A stretch of 64,000 nt of DNA from an uncultured Dehalococcoidia bacterium. GTDB taxonomy: Bacteria > Chloroflexota > Dehalococcoidia > Lucifugimonadales > GCA-2712585. The position numbers were made by a program, and so were the translations under genes. The notes beneath the pieces were generated by a model. The model searched no databases and had not been told where the DNA came from. It was given only the letters and a program-made list of their open reading frames with translations. Of this stretch, positions 19,734 through 28,207 are shown in pieces (within the stretch, counting starts at the first letter, position 1; each line of letters starts with the position of its first letter). Where the stretch lies: contig CAYQLZ010000008.1 in NCBI GenBank assembly GCA_964418665.1, positions 29,924 to 93,923 on the forward strand. Reading direction: 5' to 3'.

Positions 19734-20597
19734 CTAAAACGCATCTCTACCTATATTGGTTGACGGGTTTTGAACAACTTTGTTTACCCATTTTGCCTTT
19801 TTGTGGAAGTAAATCCAGTTTTCCGCTGCAGATACGATGTGTCGGTTAAACTCCTTGGTGAATCGCGAATTAGCAGATTGGAAATCGAGTTCTCCCGGAG
19901 TAAGTTTCCAATTCCCTACCAGTGCAATGTCGGAAGCCAGGGCAAACATAAATTCTGCATTTTCATGTTTTAGTCCAGCCGTCTTGGAAACAAAAACTGG
20001 ATGGTCACTAGTCAAAAATCCATCAGCTGTGTCGACAGTGAAAACTTGCCAGTTCATTCTCATAATGTGATCGAGCACACCTGGCAACCCCAAAACATGG
20101 CGCAGTGCAGGCTCTTTCGTTCGAAGTGGATCACCTTGCATGCTATCTTCAATTCGAAGCAAGCTCATATACATGGGGGCAATTGGCAGGTTCCATTTTC
20201 TAGCGGCTTCCTCGGGATCTTGCAGTGCTTCTCCAATATCCTGAGACAGTGAATCGGCCATCCTCATTCTCATACGCTCTGTTCTAGCAATCATTACAGT
20301 TACATATCGTGCTACTGCAAGTCTTCCAGCCATATCAATGCATTGTTTCTCACGCAACTTGTTGAGGTGGGATATTGCGGGTCCCTCGACCTTCTCGCTT
20401 AGGAGTTGCTCTAATTCGGGAGGAAAAAAGTCTTTCCTCTGACCTGCTCTCATGATGGGAAGCTCTTCCCAAGTGCCCTTGCGTATGTTGAATCGCCAAA
20501 TCAAGTCTGGATTGTGTTTTGTGGCGAAGTGTTTAAGGTACTCCTGTGGAGTAATGTGATTGTGAATTTTCATCGTCTTAATAATACGCGCTATCAT
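19734..20597 (-). CDS. DUF4238-family protein
   Basis: 287 aa, clearly AT-richer than its neighbours. N-terminal HNHITPQEYLKHF and the internal LTSDHPVF fit the DUF4238 signature (H-x-V-P-Q-x-Y-L..F, SDNP) as I recall it. Confidence 0.7.
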   Translation of the reverse strand: MIARIIKTMKIHNHITPQEYLKHFATKHNPDLIWRFNIRKGTWEELPIMRAGQRKDFFPPELEQLLSEKVEGPAISHLNKLREKQCIDMAGRLAVARYVTVMIARTERMRMRMADSLSQDIGEALQDPEEAARKWNLPIAPMYMSLLRIEDSMQGDPLRTKEPALRHVLGLPGVLDHIMRMNWQVFTVDTADGFLTSDHPVFVSKTAGLKHENAEFMFALASDIALVGNWKLTPGELDFQSANSRFTKEFNRHIVSAAENWIYFHKKAKWVNKVVQNPSTNIGRDAF

Positions 20598-20641
20598 TGC
20601 TGTTCTTGCGTATGACCTTTAGGTTGCCCTTCCTAACTTCC

Positions 20642-22078
20642 TCACATCCCCATCTCCCGCAGCCGCGCCACTAGGTACTCCTGCGGCCTATCCCCCTTCA
20701 GCGAATTGCACGCCCCGCACAGAAGCTGAAGGTTGTCCAGGTGGTCCGTACCACCCCTGCTCTGCGGCACAATATGGTCGATGGTGAAGTTGCGGAATGG
20801 GAACATCACCCTGCAACCCGCGCACAGCCCTTCCTGCTTGCCGAACAACTCGTGTTTCCTCTTGCGATAAGGAATGGGAACGTCAATATCCGTCCGCCTG
20901 GGTATGTCCGTCCGTGACGTCACGTAGCCCGCATGAAACAGGCTCCCCATCGACTGGCGTAGCCGGTCGTTCACCTGCCTGATGGCGTTGGGCGAAATGT
21001 CGATACCCACCCACTGACGCTCCAGCCTGTCGGCGGCGACGCACGTGGTAGCGCAGCCGCAGAAGGGGTCAAGCACCATGTCCCCTTCGTTCGACGAAGC
21101 CTTGATGATCCGCTCCATCAAGGCCAACGGCTTCTGCGTGGGATATCCCGTCCGCTCACTTCCAGCAGCAATCGGTATGTCGTTCCACGTATCGCTAACG
21201 GGAATGCCTGGTTGTTCGTCGAGATACCGTTTGAACCGTGGGACGCCCTTCCCACCGCGAGGAACTACAATCAAGCCCTTCCGGTCCGCTTCTTCCATCC
21301 GTTCCCTTGTCCATCTCCAAACCCTTGTCACACCCTTGAACTCATACGTCAAATTCGGCCTGTCGGGATTTGGATTAAGCAGACTGGTCAACTGATACCT
21401 GCGCCCTGTCTCTTCTTCAATCTGCCGATATTGCTCATGCGCACGGGGATTCTCTACAAATATCGAGTTCCAAGTTGTCTTCCCATCACTCCCGTAAGCA
21501 AGAATCACATCATGATTGGAAGCAAAGCGGGTAAAGGCCAAGCCTTTGGGGTGGGAACGCCTCCATATGACCTCATTCCGAAAATTTCTTGCGCCAAATA
21601 TGCTATCCATCAATAGCTTATGATAATGACTGGCCGTTGGGTCGCAGTGCAGGTAGATTGACCCTGTAGGCTTCAACACTCGCTGCATCTCCAGCAACCG
21701 AACTGCCATCATGCAGAGATACGATTGCGTACTCTTGCCGTGGGTAGTTCTTGCCGTCTCAATCACTCTGTACATGGCGGGATGCACATCGGCAACCAGG
21801 CCCATCCATGCTACGTCCAGGTCCGACAGCGTCCACGTGTCCTTGAAAGCGGCGCCCGCAGCCTTGCTCCCGATAGGCGCAGCGTAGTTGCGGTTGGAGT
21901 TGAAAGGTGGGTCCAGGTAGATGAGATCGGCGCAGTCGCTGTTCATCCCCCGCAGCACATCCAGATTGTCCCCAGTCCACAACGTCCTGCTGGCAAAATT
22001 CGGTTCACCCACGGCCTCAACCTCTATCGTGGTCTTGCCAACACTTGTGTCATCGCCCCCAATGGACGAGCAACGCAA
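20642..22078 (-). CDS. DNA methyltransferase (N6-A/N4-C, beta-class order) fused to a C-terminal HNH nuclease domain
   Basis: Motif IV LIYLDPPFNS is near the N-terminus and motif I MVLDPFCGCATTCVAA near residue 340. The C-terminal ~70 aa read CAGC...FTIDHIVPQSRGGTDHLDNLQLLCGACNSLKGDR (HNH). The start codon is uncertain. Confidence 0.85.
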   Translation of the reverse strand: MRCSSIGGDDTSVGKTTIEVEAVGEPNFASRTLWTGDNLDVLRGMNSDCADLIYLDPPFNSNRNYAAPIGSKAAGAAFKDTWTLSDLDVAWMGLVADVHPAMYRVIETARTTHGKSTQSYLCMMAVRLLEMQRVLKPTGSIYLHCDPTASHYHKLLMDSIFGARNFRNEVIWRRSHPKGLAFTRFASNHDVILAYGSDGKTTWNSIFVENPRAHEQYRQIEEETGRRYQLTSLLNPNPDRPNLTYEFKGVTRVWRWTRERMEEADRKGLIVVPRGGKGVPRFKRYLDEQPGIPVSDTWNDIPIAAGSERTGYPTQKPLALMERIIKASSNEGDMVLDPFCGCATTCVAADRLERQWVGIDISPNAIRQVNDRLRQSMGSLFHAGYVTSRTDIPRRTDIDVPIPYRKRKHELFGKQEGLCAGCRVMFPFRNFTIDHIVPQSRGGTDHLDNLQLLCGACNSLKGDRPQEYLVARLREMGM

Positions 22079-22100
22079 ATGCCAATAGAATCATTGTGCC

Positions 22101-22129
22101 AGTGTACCCTAAGCGAGTATCATCAACAA
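22101..22129 (-). promoter_or_regulatory. candidate promoter of the MTase-HNH/DUF4238 pair
   Basis: On the minus strand: TTGTTG (22129-22124), 17-nt spacer, TACACT (22106-22101). Confidence 0.3.
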
Positions 22130-22148
22130 GAGGAGTACCCCCTCCCCC

Positions 22149-23420
22149 CTAAACCCCAAAAACCTCCCGAAACCGCTCGTCACTCTCAAACGGCCCCACC
22201 ACCGCCAGGTTCAGCCGCCTCTCGTCCACCAGCTCCCGCGCCACCCGGTTCACGTCGTCCAGCGTCACACCCTCGATGGCCGAAACCACCTCGTCTACCG
22301 TCGCCACCCGGTTAAGCAGCAGTTCCTGCCCCCCCTGCCACATCGCCACGCTGCGAGTGTCCTCCATCCGCAGCATGATCCGACCCTTCGAATACTCCCG
22401 CGCCTTCTCCAACTCCCGCTCCGAAAACCCCTCCCGCATGGCCGAAAGCTGCCCCATTATCGCCTCTAACGACTTCTGACTGCGTGAAGGCTCCGACCCG
22501 CAGTACACCACCAGCGACCCGCAGTCCCGGTACTGGCTCAGCGAGCTGTGAACGTCGTACGCCAACCCCTGCTTCTCCCGCACCTCCAGGAACAGCCGGC
22601 TGCTCATCCCCTCGCCCAGCATGATGTTCACCAGGCTCTGCGCGTACCTGTCCGGGTGGTCCAGCGCCGCCGCCGGCATCCCCACGCAGATGTGCGCCTG
22701 CTCCGCCTCCTTGTATTCCAGCCGTAATGCGGCATCCTCCTGGTCAACCGACACCGGCGACCACAACATCGTGTCGCGTGGCTTCCAGCCCTCCGTAGCG
22801 CCGACTACCTCCTCCAGCACCTCTTCTTGGGAGACGCCCCCGGCCACGGAAATCACCACGTTGGAAGGCCCGTACTGCCGCTGCATCAACGCCACCAGGT
22901 CGTCGCGGGTGATGGCGTCCACCGACTCAGGCGTGCCCCCCACGTCCCGTCCCATCGGCTGGTCGGGCCACAGCATCTCGTCGATGAGCAGGTCCACCCG
23001 GTGGGTGGGATAGTCGTTGCTCATCCGAAGCTCTTCCTGGATGACCTGCCGCTCCTTCTCCATCTCCTCCTGGTCAAGAAGCGGATTCAACACCATGTCC
23101 AACAGCACCGCCAGCGCCCGCCTGAAATGGGGCTTCGCCACCTTGCACCAGTAGATCGTGATCTCCCTGTCCGTGCTGGCGTTCATCACGCCTCCCACGC
23201 CCTCGATGGCCTCGCTGATGTCCTGCGCCTTCGGCCAGTTCTTGGTCCCCTTGAAAAGCAGGTGCTCCAGGAAATGGGTGGAACCCGCCGTTTCGTCGGG
23301 CTCGTAGCGGGACCCCACGCCCACAAACAGGGCCAGGGTAACGGAATAGGTGTGAGGCATGGTGGAGGTGAGGACACGCAGTCCGTTGTCCAGTGTTGTA
23401 CTGTTGTGGTCTAGACTCAT
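22149..23420 (-). CDS. M16-family (pitrilysin-like) zinc peptidase
   Basis: 423 aa with the inverted zinc motif HFLEHLLFKGT. Confidence 0.88.
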   Translation of the reverse strand: MSLDHNSTTLDNGLRVLTSTMPHTYSVTLALFVGVGSRYEPDETAGSTHFLEHLLFKGTKNWPKAQDISEAIEGVGGVMNASTDREITIYWCKVAKPHFRRALAVLLDMVLNPLLDQEEMEKERQVIQEELRMSNDYPTHRVDLLIDEMLWPDQPMGRDVGGTPESVDAITRDDLVALMQRQYGPSNVVISVAGGVSQEEVLEEVVGATEGWKPRDTMLWSPVSVDQEDAALRLEYKEAEQAHICVGMPAAALDHPDRYAQSLVNIMLGEGMSSRLFLEVREKQGLAYDVHSSLSQYRDCGSLVVYCGSEPSRSQKSLEAIMGQLSAMREGFSERELEKAREYSKGRIMLRMEDTRSVAMWQGGQELLLNRVATVDEVVSAIEGVTLDDVNRVARELVDERRLNLAVVGPFESDERFREVFGV

Positions 23421-23447
23421 GATGTGTTTAGCCGCCTGCCAATTGGT

Positions 23448-23490
23448 CTCTTCCCCCTTGATGGGGGAAGATTAAGATGGGGGTGATTCC
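23448..23490. repeat. hairpin repeat, family B
   Basis: CTTCCCCCttgatGGGGGAAGattaagatgggggtgattcc. Confidence 0.85.
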
Positions 23491-23532
23491 CCTTATGTCG
23501 ATAACGCATAATGGGAGCTACGCAAATGTGCC

Positions 23533-24177
23533 CTAGCTGCTTAGCCAGGCTATTTCGCCATGAATATCTTCAGGATGGGACTTGGAAGCGAAGACGGCGT
23601 ATTCTTCCTTGGCCGCGCCGATGGTCGTGTCTCCCCCATGTCCGGGATACACGTGGGTGTCGTCCGGCAGCGTCAGCAGACGCGAGGTGATGCTCTCCAC
23701 CAGCTGCTGAAAGGCCTCCGGCGACCGGCTGAAGCCGGGTCCGCCCGGAAACAGCGTGTCTCCCGAAAACAGGTGCTTGCCCGTGTGCAGGCAGACCGCG
23801 CCCGGTGTGTGGCCCGGCGTGAACATCACCTCCAGCGAGATGTCGCCAACCTGAATGGTGTCGCCGTCTTTCAGATAGAAGTCCACGTCACCCGCAGACA
23901 GGTTCGGCTCGTCCTGCTCGTGGATGCCAAGTTCCTTGCCCGTTCCGCCCTTGATTTCGCGCACCCCTGCAATGTGGTCGCTGTGCCCGTGGGTGATGAG
24001 AATCGCCTTGATCTTGGCGTCGCCAATCTCGTTCAGCAGCTTCTCCGGTTCCCCGGGAGCGTCGATGATTATCGCCTCGCCGGTGTTGGGACAGCGCACA
24101 ATGTATCCGTTGTTGTCCATATATGTCATGTGGGGTACCTTGATAATCTGTACCTCGCCGTCGTAGTGCAGGGGCAT
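23533..24177 (-). CDS. MBL-fold metallo-hydrolase (glyoxalase II-like)
   Basis: ATG at 24177 preceded by GGGAGGAAAC. Motif ITHGHSDH. The ORF-track start at 24261 is rejected as an extension. Confidence 0.85.
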   Translation of the reverse strand: MPLHYDGEVQIIKVPHMTYMDNNGYIVRCPNTGEAIIIDAPGEPEKLLNEIGDAKIKAILITHGHSDHIAGVREIKGGTGKELGIHEQDEPNLSAGDVDFYLKDGDTIQVGDISLEVMFTPGHTPGAVCLHTGKHLFSGDTLFPGGPGFSRSPEAFQQLVESITSRLLTLPDDTHVYPGHGGDTTIGAAKEEYAVFASKSHPEDIHGEIAWLSS

Positions 24178-24462
24178 GTTTCCTCCCGATTCAGGACTTT
24201 CGATTATCCTAGCAAATAGGGGCCGGAATTGAAACCGCGGCATCTCCCGAATCCCACCCAATCTTTCTAAGCGTCGCCCGGCCCCTAGCGTCTCCGGTCA
24301 CCAATGACACCCTCTGCTTGTCGGAAGGCAATCTACCTGCTACCCTTTTCCCCATGAATAGAACATTATCTCGTACAAATCCAGCCTCAGTCGCCCTACA
24401 CCTGCCCTTTATGCGACATAGTATCACATTAGCCGCCATTTTCCTCCCCATTTTTTCGGGAA

Positions 24463-24603
24463 ACGAATGCCAGACCTTTCAGGCCCCCGATTCGTGCCTG
24501 ATACTTTACATAAAATGGACACAGACCCCTTTATTCGTAAAGCAAGTCGAATGCAACCCACGCCTGCCCGACCCGAAACGAATAGCAAACGAACCCATTC
24601 GTT
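24463..24603. promoter_or_regulatory. array of ACGAAT/ATTCGT hexamers including a palindrome AACGAAcccaTTCGTT
   Basis: Perfect hexamers at 24463-68 (+), 24490-95 (-), 24533-38 (-), 24578-83 (+) and 24597-602 (-). The palindrome is at 24588-24603. Near-copies are at 24547, 24589 and 24632. Confidence 0.4.
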
Positions 24604-24647
24604 CCAGAGAGTCCGTCCCAGAAATTAATCCCCGAATCCCCTTCCGC

Positions 24648-24677
24648 TTGACACCCCCAAATCACCCTACCTAAGAT
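24648..24677 (+). promoter_or_regulatory. candidate sigma70-type promoter of lysA
   Basis: TTGACA (24648-24653), 18-nt spacer, TAAGAT (24672-24677). AGGAGG follows at 24691 and the ATG at 24704. Confidence 0.5.
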
Positions 24678-24703
24678 TGTTGCACCATTTAGGAGGAACG
24701 CCC

Positions 24704-26017
24704 ATGTTTCCCCGGAACGTCTTTCCCACCACCACCGAGGTCAACGAAGCCGGCCATCTCGTCATCGGCGGCTGCGATACCGTAGACCTGGCCTCCCGGT
24801 TCGGCACCCCACTCTACATCTTCGACGAGGCCACCCTCCGTGGACGCTGCAGAGGCTTCGTCCAGGAGTTCACCAAGCGCTACCCCAACACCCTCGTCGC
24901 CTACGCCAGTAAGGCATACGTCAACCCCGCCGTGGCCCGCATCTTCGCCGAGGAGGGCCTCGGGCTGGATGTCGTCTCCGGCGGAGAATTGGCCGTCGCC
25001 CAGGCCGTCGACTTCCCCAGGGAGAAGGTCTACTTCCACGGCAGCAACAAGACCGCCGCCGAGCTCAAGCAGGCCGTGGAGTGGAACATTGGCCGCATCG
25101 TCATCGATAGCTTCCACGAGCTCGCCCTCCTTGAAGAGGTGGCCGCCGCCGCGGGCAAGTCCCAGGAAGTCCTCCTCCGAGTCTCCCCCAGCATCGACCC
25201 CCACACCCACGAAAAAACCACCACCGGCGTCCTCGACAGCAAGTTCGGCTTTGCCATCGAGACCGGTCACGCCGCCGAGGCTGTCCGGCAGGCCGTCGCC
25301 GCCCCCCACCTGGACCTCAAGGGTCTCCACTTCCACCTCGGCTCCCCCATCTTCGAGCTCCAGCCCTACCGCGACGGCGTAGAAGTAGTCCTCGAATTCG
25401 CCGCCAGTATGCGCGAAGAAGGTCTGAAACTCGAGGAATTCAGCCCTGGCGGCGGTTTCGCCATCGCCTACAAGGGAGACCAGAACCCGCCCACCGACGC
25501 TGACTATGCGGACGCAATCATCGGCACCATGACCGCCGAGTGCGACCGGCTCGGCCTCGAACTTCCCCTCCTCACCATCGAACCCGGACGTTCCGTCGCC
25601 GGTCCCGCTGGCGTCGCCCTCTACCGCGTCGGCGCCGTCAAGGAGATCCCCGGCGTCCGCCGCTACGTCTCCGTCGACGGTGGTATGGGCGACAACATCC
25701 GCCCCGCCCTCTACGACGCTGCCTACGAAGCTGTCGTGGCCAACCGCGTCAACGACAGGGGCGAGCAGGTGGCGACCATCGCGGGCAAGTATTGTGAGTC
25801 CGGGGATGTCTTGGTGAAGGACGTTCTCCTCCCGGCCATCGATGGCAGCGGTAAGGACCTCATCGCCATCCCCGCCTCCGGCGCCTACTGCATTCCCATG
25901 GCCAGCAACTACAACCTGAATCCCAGGCCCCCCATCGTCCTCGTCAACGAAGGTCACGCTCGCCTCATCCGCCGCCGCGAGACCTTCCAGGACCAGATGC
26001 TCCTGGACGTTGCCTAA
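24704..26017 (+). CDS. lysA: diaminopimelate decarboxylase
   Basis: Orn/DAP/Arg decarboxylase fold: YASKAY (PLP Lys), SPGGGF, EPGRS, YCESGD. ATG at 24704 with AGGAGG upstream. Confidence 0.9.
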   Translation: MFPRNVFPTTTEVNEAGHLVIGGCDTVDLASRFGTPLYIFDEATLRGRCRGFVQEFTKRYPNTLVAYASKAYVNPAVARIFAEEGLGLDVVSGGELAVAQAVDFPREKVYFHGSNKTAAELKQAVEWNIGRIVIDSFHELALLEEVAAAAGKSQEVLLRVSPSIDPHTHEKTTTGVLDSKFGFAIETGHAAEAVRQAVAAPHLDLKGLHFHLGSPIFELQPYRDGVEVVLEFAASMREEGLKLEEFSPGGGFAIAYKGDQNPPTDADYADAIIGTMTAECDRLGLELPLLTIEPGRSVAGPAGVALYRVGAVKEIPGVRRYVSVDGGMGDNIRPALYDAAYEAVVANRVNDRGEQVATIAGKYCESGDVLVKDVLLPAIDGSGKDLIAIPASGAYCIPMASNYNLNPRPPIVLVNEGHARLIRRRETFQDQMLLDVA

Positions 26018-26035
26018 CCACATCGTCGACAATGG

Positions 26036-26156
26036 CGTAACGCCGGTGCGCGAACCGCCCTCCCTTTCCACAATTACCGCGGTAGGGGCAGGTTTCAAAC
26101 CTGCCCTCCCCTTCTACATGTCATTCCGAGCGCGGCGAAGCGGAGTCGAGGAATCT
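26036..26156. repeat. hairpin-repeat cluster (families A', A, D)
   Basis: gtaacgccggtgcgcgaaccgccc (26036-26064). GTAGGGGCAGGTTTCAAACCTGCCC (26082-26111). gtcattccgagcgcggcgaagcggagtcgaggaatc (26119-26156). Confidence 0.85.
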
Positions 26157-26191
26157 TGTTGCCCACCACTGCCGATCTCCCCCCATAACCC

Positions 26192-27208
26192 ATGTGGCAC
26201 GTAGCAGGACAGGAAAACGCCATCCGCATCCTGGATGCCAGCCTCGCCGCGGGCCGGGTCTCCCACGCCTACCTGTTCGTCGGCCCTCCCCACGTGGGCA
26301 AGACCACCCTTGCCCTGGACCTGGCCTGCGCCGTCAACTGCGTCGCAACCGAAGGCCCCCTCCCCTGCCAGAACTGCGCCCAGTGCCGCCGCGTCGCCGG
26401 CGGCCATCACGCCGACGTCCGAATCATCGGCCTCCGACGGCAGGAGGAAGGTTCCAGGCGAAGGGAGTTGGGCATCGGCGAAATCCGCTCCGTCACCAAC
26501 CAGTCCCACCTCAAGCCCTACGAAGGCGCCTACCGCGTCTTCATCTTCGAGGACGCCGAGACTATGAGCGAGGAGGCCGCCAACGCCCTCCTCAAGACCC
26601 TCGAAGAACCCCCCGCCCAGACCCTGCTCATTCTCCTGACCTCTCAGGAAGACCGGCTCCTGCCCACCATCCGCTCCCGGTGCAGCCGCGTCGAACTCAA
26701 GCCCATGGCCGAATCCCCCCTCGCCCGCTACCTCGAAGAAAACCACGGAGTCGACGCCGACCAGGCTCAGCTGCTGGCCCGCCTGTCCAAGGGCTGTCTC
26801 GGCTGGGCCCTGACGGCCCTCGAGGACCCGCTGCTTCTCGAACGACGCACCACCGAGCTCGACCGCCTCATCGGGCTGCTGGCAGCCTCCATTGAGCAGC
26901 GCTTCCACGCCGCCTCCGACGTGGCGAACCTCTACTACCGCGACCGGGATGAAGCCCTCGAAACCCTCGATATCTGGCTGAGTTGGTGGAGGGACCTGCT
27001 GGTCCTCCGCGAAGCGGGCCCCGAGTGGGTCTACAACAAGGACTATGCTGAACAGCTGGAAGAGTGGAAGTCCGCCTACTCCCCCGCCCAGATTGTCGGC
27101 TTCATCGGGTCAATGGGCAAGACCATCGAGGCGCTGAATAGCAACGTCAACGCCCGACTCGGCATGGAAGCCCTCATGCTCTCCCTTCCCGTCCCCGCCT
27201 TCCCCTAA
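26192..27208 (+). CDS. holB: DNA polymerase III subunit delta'
   Basis: 338 aa. HAYLFVGPPHVGKTTLA, a zinc module CQNCAQCRR, and an AAA+ clamp-loader layout. Confidence 0.85.
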   Translation: MWHVAGQENAIRILDASLAAGRVSHAYLFVGPPHVGKTTLALDLACAVNCVATEGPLPCQNCAQCRRVAGGHHADVRIIGLRRQEEGSRRRELGIGEIRSVTNQSHLKPYEGAYRVFIFEDAETMSEEAANALLKTLEEPPAQTLLILLTSQEDRLLPTIRSRCSRVELKPMAESPLARYLEENHGVDADQAQLLARLSKGCLGWALTALEDPLLLERRTTELDRLIGLLAASIEQRFHAASDVANLYYRDRDEALETLDIWLSWWRDLLVLREAGPEWVYNKDYAEQLEEWKSAYSPAQIVGFIGSMGKTIEALNSNVNARLGMEALMLSLPVPAFP

Positions 27209-27221
27209 TCCCCCACCCCTC

Positions 27222-27520
27222 TTGCCCCTCTCCCGTCCTGGGAGAGGGTTGGGTGAGGGTCTCCCCAATCCTAATTCCTGCGAAGGCAGGAACCCACCCG
27301 CCCCCACAGTCATTCTGGCGAAAGCCGGGGCCAATCTTTCCCTTTCCCCTCGACGGGGGAAGGTTAGGATGGGGGTGATTCGGGTGGTCGCGGGTTGCGA
27401 CCTGCAGTTACACAAAACTTGCCTAAGGCAGGAACCCCCCAGAATCCCCCAACCACCCCCAACCCCGAACGCATCACCCTCCCCAACCGTCATTTAGGCG
27501 AAAGCCGGAATCTAGTCCCC
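27222..27520. repeat. mosaic cluster of hairpin repeats (families C, F, E, B, G, F, E)
   Basis: CTCTCCCgtcctGGGAGAGggttgggtgagggt (27222-27265). TTCCTGCgaagGCAGGAA (27271-27295). gtcattctggcgaaagccgg (27309). CCCCtcgacGGGGgaaggttaggatgggggtgat (27338-27390). gcagttacacaaaac (27405). gcctaaggcaggaaccc (27418). gtcatttaggcgaaagccggaatc (27489-27520). Confidence 0.85.
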
Positions 27521-27526
27521 CTCCCC

Positions 27527-28036
27527 TCAGTCAATCTCCCACGGGATGAACTTCTTCCACTCGTCCAGAATCGTCCGACCGTGCAGCACATAATAGGGGC
27601 TGGGATACGGCGCTTTCGGCGCCTTCAACAGCTTCATCCCCGCCTGGTACGGCGTCCTACCAGCCTTTCGGTGATTGCACGGAATGCACGCGCTCACAAT
27701 ATTCTCCCACGTCTGCTTGCCCCCCAGCCGGCGCGGCCTCACGTGGTCCATCGTCAACTCCAGGTTGCGCAGGCCGCAATACTGGCACGTGTGCCGGTCC
27801 CTCAACAGCACTTCCTTCTTTGAGAGCTTCCGCTTTACGAATGGCCGCTTCACCATGTACACAAGCCGGATGATGCAGGGCAGGTCGAAAACCTGCGTCG
27901 CCGACCTCACCTGCCCCCTCCCGTTCTCCAGCAATTCCGCCTTTCCTCGGAAGATCAGCAGCAACGCGCGACGAGCATTGCAGACGTTAATCGGCTCGTA
28001 ATTCAGGTTCAGAACTAGGACTGGGGAACTCAGCAT
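27527..28036 (-). CDS. HNH endonuclease family protein
   Basis: 169 aa. CQYCG...LTMDHVRPRRLGGKQTWENIVSACIPCNHRKAGRTP. Confidence 0.85.
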   Translation of the reverse strand: MLSSPVLVLNLNYEPINVCNARRALLLIFRGKAELLENGRGQVRSATQVFDLPCIIRLVYMVKRPFVKRKLSKKEVLLRDRHTCQYCGLRNLELTMDHVRPRRLGGKQTWENIVSACIPCNHRKAGRTPYQAGMKLLKAPKAPYPSPYYVLHGRTILDEWKKFIPWEID

Positions 28037-28134
28037 TTGAAGCCATTATAGATGCGAAAAGTCCTCTTTTCCACCGCCCGTTTCCCCCTTCCGTTCTTGC
28101 CTCTTCACCCTCGGACGGTGACCGTTACATAACC

Positions 28135-28207
28135 ATCATTCCGGCGAAGATCGGCGTCCGACCCTTCCTTCCCCCTCGATGGGGGAAGGTTAGGATGGGG
28201 GTGAATC
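28135..28207. repeat. hairpin repeats (families E and B) overlapping the 3' end of the PAP2 gene
   Basis: atcattccggcgaagatcggcg followed by CTTCCCCCtcgatGGGGGAAGgttaggatgggggtgaa. Confidence 0.8.

Noticed and set aside
24318-24674. 118-aa ORF (+) and 80-aa ORF (-, 24209..24451) in the lysA upstream spacer. Also the idea of a lysine riboswitch there.
   Set aside because: Neither ORF has an SD or a recognisable motif, and both have odd composition. I could not find L-box-like conserved segments, and the best promoter lies only about 30 nt before the lysA ATG. The region is kept as an unexplained regulatory finding instead.
24689-26098. 469-aa ORF antisense to lysA. Similar long antisense or alternate-frame ORFs include 16978..18378, 2471..4291, 32781..34133, 37917..38933, 38464..39912, 52983..54074 and 8799..9716.
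   Set aside because: They lie opposite or out of frame to genes with clear family motifs. Their translations are low-complexity Gly/Ala/Arg/Pro-rich with no motifs. Long spurious ORFs of this kind are expected in high-G+C DNA.
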